The notes under the pieces were generated by a model. The model was not told the DNA's origin and did not search any database. It was given only the letters and a program-made list of their open reading frames with translations. Positions 59,212 through 64,000 of a DNA stretch of 64,000 bases are shown here, in pieces. The translations under genes and the position numbers were made by a program. Source of the DNA: an uncultured virus (IMG/VR IMGVR_UViG_2706795104_000001) (taxonomy: Duplodnaviria; Heunggongvirae; Uroviricota; Caudoviricetes; Herelleviridae); IMG/VR virus record IMGVR_UViG_2706795104_000001, positions 32,001 through 96,000 of that record. One strand, given 5' to 3'. Within the stretch, counting starts at the first letter, position 1. The number at the start of each line of letters is the position of its first letter.

Positions 59212-60342
59212 ATGAAAGCAGAAAATAGAACGAAAATTAAATTACTACAACCGAAGAAGAGTATGTTGTACCCTAGTAAAATACTAGCAAATGACGGAGT
59301 TAATAGTCTGAACTGGAATGATATTCGTTTCCCTCAGTTCCACACGTTCTACGATAAACTGTTAGCTAATTTTTGGCGTGCAGAATCAGTTAAAATGAGC
59401 AAGGATGACCTTGACTATAAATCAGCACCCGAGAAAATTCGTAAAGCATATAACTTAGGATTAGGTAACTTAACTGCAATTGATGTTGTTCAGACACGTA
59501 TGGCAGCTATTCTATCGGCCGCTATTACCGATCCTTCGATTAGTGCATGTTATGCCGTAGCATCACAACAAGAAGCAGTACATACACAGTCGTATTCGTA
59601 CGCATTACTGGACAAGTTAGACAAAGCAGAACAGAACCGTATCCTGCGTGAAGCCGTAGCAGACCCTGTAGCGCAAGAACGTAATAGCTTAGTAGTAGAA
59701 GTCCTAGAAGAGATGGAAGACGCTTATAAGCTTTATGTGTTCAACGAAATGACTGCTCATGAGTTCTCTAAATACCTAGCACGAGGACTAATTGCAATGT
59801 CAGTATTAGAAGGAGTAAACTTCTATTCTACATTTATGATGTTCTACTACATCCAACACCGTTATAGTATCCTAGATGGTACTGTAAGTATCATTCGTTA
59901 CATCCATAAAGATGAGTTCCAACATACTTACCTGAATGGTCATACACACCGTGCTCTATTAACGGATTACAAAATGACAGAAGAGGAAGAAGCAGAACAC
60001 ATCGAGTGGGCTACTAACTTTATCAAGGAGAACGTAAAGCGTGAGATTGCTTACGGATTGGATTTATTCACTACAATCAACGTACGTCCTACAGAGATAG
60101 AAACATATATTACTTGGTTAGGTAATGTACGTGCTCAATCTCTAGGTCTACCATTACCGTTCCCTGATGAGAAGTTCGCTGCTAACGAGAACCCGATCCC
60201 TTGGATGAAAGCATTTGACGATAGCCGTTTAGACTCAGGACAGAAGCAAGACTTCTTCGAGAAGACCGTAACGCAATACGAACAGGCAAGTGCAACCAAT
60301 ACAGAAATGAACGTAACAGATATCAGCAAGCTACAGTTCTAA
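59212..60342 (+). CDS. nrdB: Class I ribonucleotide reductase beta subunit
   Basis: NFW, LTAID, EAVHTQSY, LEGVNFYSTF, DEFQH, DFFE. Confidence 0.93.
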   Translation: MKAENRTKIKLLQPKKSMLYPSKILANDGVNSLNWNDIRFPQFHTFYDKLLANFWRAESVKMSKDDLDYKSAPEKIRKAYNLGLGNLTAIDVVQTRMAAILSAAITDPSISACYAVASQQEAVHTQSYSYALLDKLDKAEQNRILREAVADPVAQERNSLVVEVLEEMEDAYKLYVFNEMTAHEFSKYLARGLIAMSVLEGVNFYSTFMMFYYIQHRYSILDGTVSIIRYIHKDEFQHTYLNGHTHRALLTDYKMTEEEEAEHIEWATNFIKENVKREIAYGLDLFTTINVRPTEIETYITWLGNVRAQSLGLPLPFPDEKFAANENPIPWMKAFDDSRLDSGQKQDFFEKTVTQYEQASATNTEMNVTDISKLQF

Positions 60343-60369
60343 GAGAGGAAATTTCCTCTCTTTTTTTTT
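60341..60369 (+). terminator. Intrinsic terminator
   Basis: AAGAGAGGA...TCCTCTCTT plus long T run. Confidence 0.88.
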
Positions 60370-60379
60370 ATTTTTATTG

Positions 60380-60409
60380 TTGACTATTGGACAACTCACA
60401 TGTTATAGT
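60380..60409 (+). promoter_or_regulatory. SigA-type (early) promoter
   Basis: TTGACT-18bp-TATAGT with extended TG; shares TTTATTGTTGACTATTGGA with the 15408 promoter. Confidence 0.75.
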
Positions 60410-60442
60410 AATTATAGAAGTTAAGAAAAGGAGTTGTTACAA

Positions 60443-60685
60443 ATGAAAGTATTAACGAAAGAGCGTTACGGTAACTTTGAAGTGTTCACAGAAAATTTTA
60501 GTATGGAAGTGTCCATACACATTGAGACAGGTATAGTGAACAAAGTAGAAATCAGTGAATCGGCTTTGTTCAACCAAGCAGTAACGATCCAAGAACTAGA
60601 TTCATTTGTTGGTAAGGCAAGAGCAGAGTACCGCAAGTTTATGGGTAAGAAATACGTAGATAAGTTTACTATAGGAGGAGAATAA
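60443..60685 (+). CDS. Hypothetical protein
   Basis: SD AAGGAG. Confidence 0.75.
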   Translation: MKVLTKERYGNFEVFTENFSMEVSIHIETGIVNKVEISESALFNQAVTIQELDSFVGKARAEYRKFMGKKYVDKFTIGGE

Positions 60686-60686
60686 T

Positions 60687-61004
60687 ATGAAAATGCCTTG
60701 GGAATGTGAAGATTGTGGTCATAAAGAATTAGCAAGTCCGTTTATGACATTCGTGTTATGTCCTGAATGTGATTCTATAAACTTCTTCCACGGTTCGATA
60801 ATCGAGGAAGAGGAAGAAGAAGTGGACGAGCATGTAACTGTCTTCGAGGATCAATACGGAGAGAAGATTACAGTTGTAAACGAGATAGATGACGAGGGTG
60901 ACATTAACTTGTTACCTTCCGATAGAAACTTATTTTTTAGTAAAGAAGAAGCTATTGAACTAGCAAAACATATTTTAAGAATTTGTGGGGAGGATTCGGA
61001 ATGA
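60687..61004 (+). CDS. Small zinc-ribbon protein (CxxC...CxxC) with acidic region
   Basis: CEDCG, CPECD; SD GGAGG. Confidence 0.75.
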   Translation: MKMPWECEDCGHKELASPFMTFVLCPECDSINFFHGSIIEEEEEEVDEHVTVFEDQYGEKITVVNEIDDEGDINLLPSDRNLFFSKEEAIELAKHILRICGEDSE

Positions 61005-61150
61005 AACTGAAGCATTTAGTACTCGATTACATTAATACGATTAAAAATCGAGACTGCCACCATTACGTTTCATACTCGTATCATGAACTGGATAAGAAAG
61101 CTCGTGAAATTGAAGAAAAAATCATGGAAAAATTAGAGGAGGAAGAGTAA
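61001..61150 (+). CDS. 49-aa hypothetical protein (absent from ORF track)
   Basis: SD GGAGG; ATGA overlap; MKLKHLVLDYINTIKNRDCHH... Confidence 0.7.
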   Translation: MKLKHLVLDYINTIKNRDCHHYVSYSYHELDKKAREIEEKIMEKLEEEE

Positions 61151-61151
61151 A

Positions 61152-61913
61152 ATGAAAACAGTAGATTTAAGCGTAACAGGTATGAGTTGGATGGAAGAGA
61201 GAACAATCTTATTAACACCGTATGGTAGCCGTTTATACGGAACGGACACAGAGAACTCGGATTGGGATTTCAAAGGAGTTTGTATCCCACCAAAAGAGTA
61301 CTTCTTAGGACTAGAGACATTTAATGAGTATAACAACACTGGTGGTAAAACATTCAAGAACACGAAGGACGATGTTGACATCAATATCATTCATGTAAGT
61401 AAGTTCGTAAAAGATGCTATGCACGGAGTACCGAATAACATCGAAGTATTATTTGCTAGAGAGCAAGACTATATCATCTTGACTGAACTTGGACAAGTCC
61501 TACGTGATAACCGACACCTGTTCCTATCAAAACAAATCATCACGAAGTTTGGAGGGTACACACGATCCTTAACAAACAAGCTGAAGAATGGTGCAGGTCG
61601 TCAAGAGTTAGTCGAAGAGTTTGGTTATGATACAAAGAACTTTATGCAAGGTGTACGACTACAGTTGTCTGCAATCGAAATCCTAGAAACAGGTGATTAC
61701 AGTACATACCGTCCTGAGCGTGACTTCTTACTAGGATGTCGAAACGGGGAATACACTCGTGAGCAAGCACTAGCATTAGTAGAATCATATGATGAGAGGT
61801 TACAAGTAGCGCACGAGAATTCGAAGCTGCCTGAGAAACCTGACTATAACAAAATCAACGGTATGTTAATGGCTATCAATGAAGACGCATTGAAGTTTGG
61901 TATCCACTCATGA
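61152..61913 (+). CDS. Pol-beta-family nucleotidyltransferase (RlaP/Nuc-transf-like)
   Basis: YGSRLYGTDTENSDWDFKGV; PNNIEVLF; GYDTK. Confidence 0.85.
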   Translation: MKTVDLSVTGMSWMEERTILLTPYGSRLYGTDTENSDWDFKGVCIPPKEYFLGLETFNEYNNTGGKTFKNTKDDVDINIIHVSKFVKDAMHGVPNNIEVLFAREQDYIILTELGQVLRDNRHLFLSKQIITKFGGYTRSLTNKLKNGAGRQELVEEFGYDTKNFMQGVRLQLSAIEILETGDYSTYRPERDFLLGCRNGEYTREQALALVESYDERLQVAHENSKLPEKPDYNKINGMLMAINEDALKFGIHS

Positions 61914-62152
61914 GCGTAATGTACGTGTGGGACATACTGTATAAGCAAGGTGAGAAGGTAAAGTCTGTTACATTAAATGGGATCAATCCTATTAAAGTAG
62001 TAGAGACCCTACAACGTATCCAGTACGATAAGAGTAAGAGGATAGTAGTTTACTGCGTGGATGCAGTAGGACACATCAATAAATCGACTGGTGAGATTGT
62101 AACACTACCGTTAATGTTCGAAGGTAAGAAAGCAAAATATAGTACTAAGTAG
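61910..62152 (+). CDS. Hypothetical protein
   Basis: ATGA overlap; 80 aa. Confidence 0.7.
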   Translation: MSVMYVWDILYKQGEKVKSVTLNGINPIKVVETLQRIQYDKSKRIVVYCVDAVGHINKSTGEIVTLPLMFEGKKAKYSTK

Positions 62153-62180
62153 AGCAGGTTTCCACAACCTGTTCTTTTTT
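62151..62180 (+). terminator. Intrinsic terminator
   Basis: AGAGCAGGTT-TCCAC-AACCTGTTCT plus Ts. Confidence 0.85.
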
Positions 62181-62302
62181 CTGTTTATGGTATAATGAAG
62201 GTAACGGTATACCATTGCTTGTGAAGTCTGAAAATTCAGAATTGGAGAGATAAAAATGGGACATAGAAAATGGCAAGAAGAAATTGGACGAGGTGAAATC
62301 TA

Positions 62303-63061
62303 ATGGCTAGAAAGAAATCATTAAATATTTTTAATACAGATAGAGCATATAATATTAACTTAACTACAGTACAAGAGGAAGGTAGTTTTATTAAAGTTAC
62401 ACGACTAAACGAAAAAGAGATTGAACGAGAGATGGACAAGTTAAAAGAAGAGTCTACCCGATTCAGTCTACGTAACGATAAAAAGTATCTGCTATTCAAA
62501 GAGCGATATTCGAATGACACACTATATGAGAAGGTTATTAATCACGGTGGTTACATTAAGTATTACAGTGACGGTAGAGTCCCGATCCCTGTTATCAATC
62601 AATTATCCAGTGTACCTCAATCAGAAGTTATTTACATGTGTAAGAAGGATCATAAAATTGACGATGTATTGAATGTACAATTAGCATCTATGGCAACGAG
62701 TGTCGTAATTGATGTACCAATTGTACTTCCCGATATTAACATTTACGATTACTTATTCTCACTGTATCCTTTGCGATACCATGTTGATAAAGTTAGGCTT
62801 TCGTTCCCTCCTTTACGAGAGGATGAGATACAGGATCGACATAAAGAGTATTACGCATTCTACAACGGTATGTATCATCTCAAATCAGAGTATAAATACA
62901 AATGCTTCTGCTACCTACAGGAACCCTTATCTACGTGGAAAATGAATATATGGGTTGTATGTGATTCGAAGAAAGATAGAAAGATGGTAGAGGATTTAGT
63001 ACTAAAAGACAACAAACGTTTTAGACGTATGGAGAATCCTTTCGTAACGGAGGGAAATTAA
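62303..63061 (+). CDS. Hypothetical protein
   Basis: SD GAGGTG; 252 aa; precedes HU-like gene. Confidence 0.8.
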   Translation: MARKKSLNIFNTDRAYNINLTTVQEEGSFIKVTRLNEKEIEREMDKLKEESTRFSLRNDKKYLLFKERYSNDTLYEKVINHGGYIKYYSDGRVPIPVINQLSSVPQSEVIYMCKKDHKIDDVLNVQLASMATSVVIDVPIVLPDINIYDYLFSLYPLRYHVDKVRLSFPPLREDEIQDRHKEYYAFYNGMYHLKSEYKYKCFCYLQEPLSTWKMNIWVVCDSKKDRKMVEDLVLKDNKRFRRMENPFVTEGN

Positions 63062-63062
63062 G

Positions 63063-63362
63063 ATGGTTGTGAATAGAAAAGAGATTGCAAGACGTGCGGC
63101 CCACATCGGTAACTACGACATTGGTGGGACGGAAGAACTAACAAAGATAATCGAAGACGTGATTGTTAACGCTCTAGCAAATGGAGAGAGTGTGAAGTTC
63201 GGTAAAGTATGTAAATGGGAGATCGAGGAAGTACCTAAGAAGAAAGCATATGACGGTCTAAATAAAAAGTATTTTACTAGACCAGCGAAACGCATACCGA
63301 AATACAAACCGTTAAAACGGATTACGGACATCGAGCTACCAGTACAAAAGAAAGAGGAGTAA
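63063..63362 (+). CDS. HU/IHF-like DNA-binding protein
   Basis: NRKEIARR, ALANGESVKFG, PAKRIPKYKP. Confidence 0.85.
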   Translation: MVVNRKEIARRAAHIGNYDIGGTEELTKIIEDVIVNALANGESVKFGKVCKWEIEEVPKKKAYDGLNKKYFTRPAKRIPKYKPLKRITDIELPVQKKEE

Positions 63363-63376
63363 CGATCCTCTTTTTT
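63351..63376 (+). terminator. Intrinsic terminator
   Basis: AAAGAGGA...TCCTCTTT plus Ts. Confidence 0.75.
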
Positions 63377-63391
63377 CTTTGTAATTTATTG

Positions 63392-63420
63392 TTGACTTAT
63401 AGACAAAGTTACAGTAATAT
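63392..63420 (+). promoter_or_regulatory. SigA-type (early) promoter
   Basis: TTGACT-17bp-TAATAT within TTTATTGTTGACT. Confidence 0.65.
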
Positions 63421-63463
63421 TATCTACAGATACAGAATACACTATTAAGTTGAGGAGGTAATC

Positions 63464-64000
63464 ATGGACGAGCTAAGAGTAGTAGAACTGTTTGCAGGAT
63501 ACGGTAGCCAATCAATGGCACTGAAACGAGCAAACATCAATTATAAAACTGTAGCGATTGCAGAGATTGATAAGGACGCATTAATCTCTTATGAAGCAAT
63601 CCACGGCAAACCAAACAACCTAGGAGACATCACACAGGTAAAAGGAGAGGACGTTCCTGACCATGACTTCCTGACATACTCATTCCCTTGTACAGACATT
63701 TCTGTATCAGGTGCAATGAAAGGTCTATTGGAAGGTTCGGGTACAAGCTCTAGTACGTTATGGGATGTAAAGAGAGTAATAGAAACGAAGAAACCTAGAT
63801 TCCTAATGATGGAAAATGTAGACAACCTTGTTATCAAATTCATGGACGATTACTTAATGTGGTTAGGATTCTTGAAGTATCAAGGATACACAACAACATG
63901 GAGAGTCATTGACGCATCTCCTTACGTACCACAAAGACGTAAGCGTGTTATAGCAATCTCTCAGTTAGGAAAACAAGGATTCGTATTCCCTGAAGACCCT
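63464..64000 (+). CDS. C5-cytosine DNA methyltransferase (5' part, runs off window; absent from ORF track)
   Basis: ELFAGYG (motif I), EID, GDI, SFPC (IV), ENV (VI), PQRRKR (VIII); SD GAGGAGG. Confidence 0.93.
   Translation, partial: MDELRVVELFAGYGSQSMALKRANINYKTVAIAEIDKDALISYEAIHGKPNNLGDITQVKGEDVPDHDFLTYSFPCTDISVSGAMKGLLEGSGTSSSTLWDVKRVIETKKPRFLMMENVDNLVIKFMDDYLMWLGFLKYQGYTTTWRVIDASPYVPQRRKRVIAISQLGKQGFVFPEDP

Noticed and set aside
56787-60342. Introns or inteins in RNR genes, or a metal-free beta subunit
   Set aside because: Both ORFs are continuous and of normal length, and the metal ligands and radical Tyr are canonical. The 59141-59169 hairpin between them is too small for a mobile element.
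1525-63843. Many minus-strand and alternate-frame ORFs in the track (e.g. 6059-6490, 19539-20294, 24907-25560, 40968-41573)
   Set aside because: They lie inside recognisable plus-strand genes, lack evident SD sites, and have the composition expected of antisense frames.

Overview
This 64 kb window comes from a large lytic Bacillus myovirus (Herelleviridae; Bastille/SPO1/Twort-like gene order). Almost all coding is on the + strand. Order: end of a tRNA cluster (9 tRNAs, several atypical, plus a 52-nt tRNA-like mini-gene); a DIP1984/septicolysin-like helical protein followed by a ~350-nt structured, repeat-containing non-coding region and a terminator; the virion module (portal to baseplate and fibres); an AT-rich candidate origin beside a predicted antisense sRNA; the replication and nucleotide-metabolism module; and a C5 DNA methyltransferase cut off by the window end. 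The best candidate for an undescribed system is the protein plus ncRNA pair at 1040-2091. Other highlights: restriction sites retained almost only in specific overlapping contexts, a Rok-like gene, a WalR box on a phage autolysin gene, a UUU_CGN +1 frameshift, and a possible RNA switch in the capsid leader. Five single-base insertions break otherwise intact genes and are probably sequencing errors. All family assignments come from motif recognition and synteny by eye; no database searches or folding programs were run.
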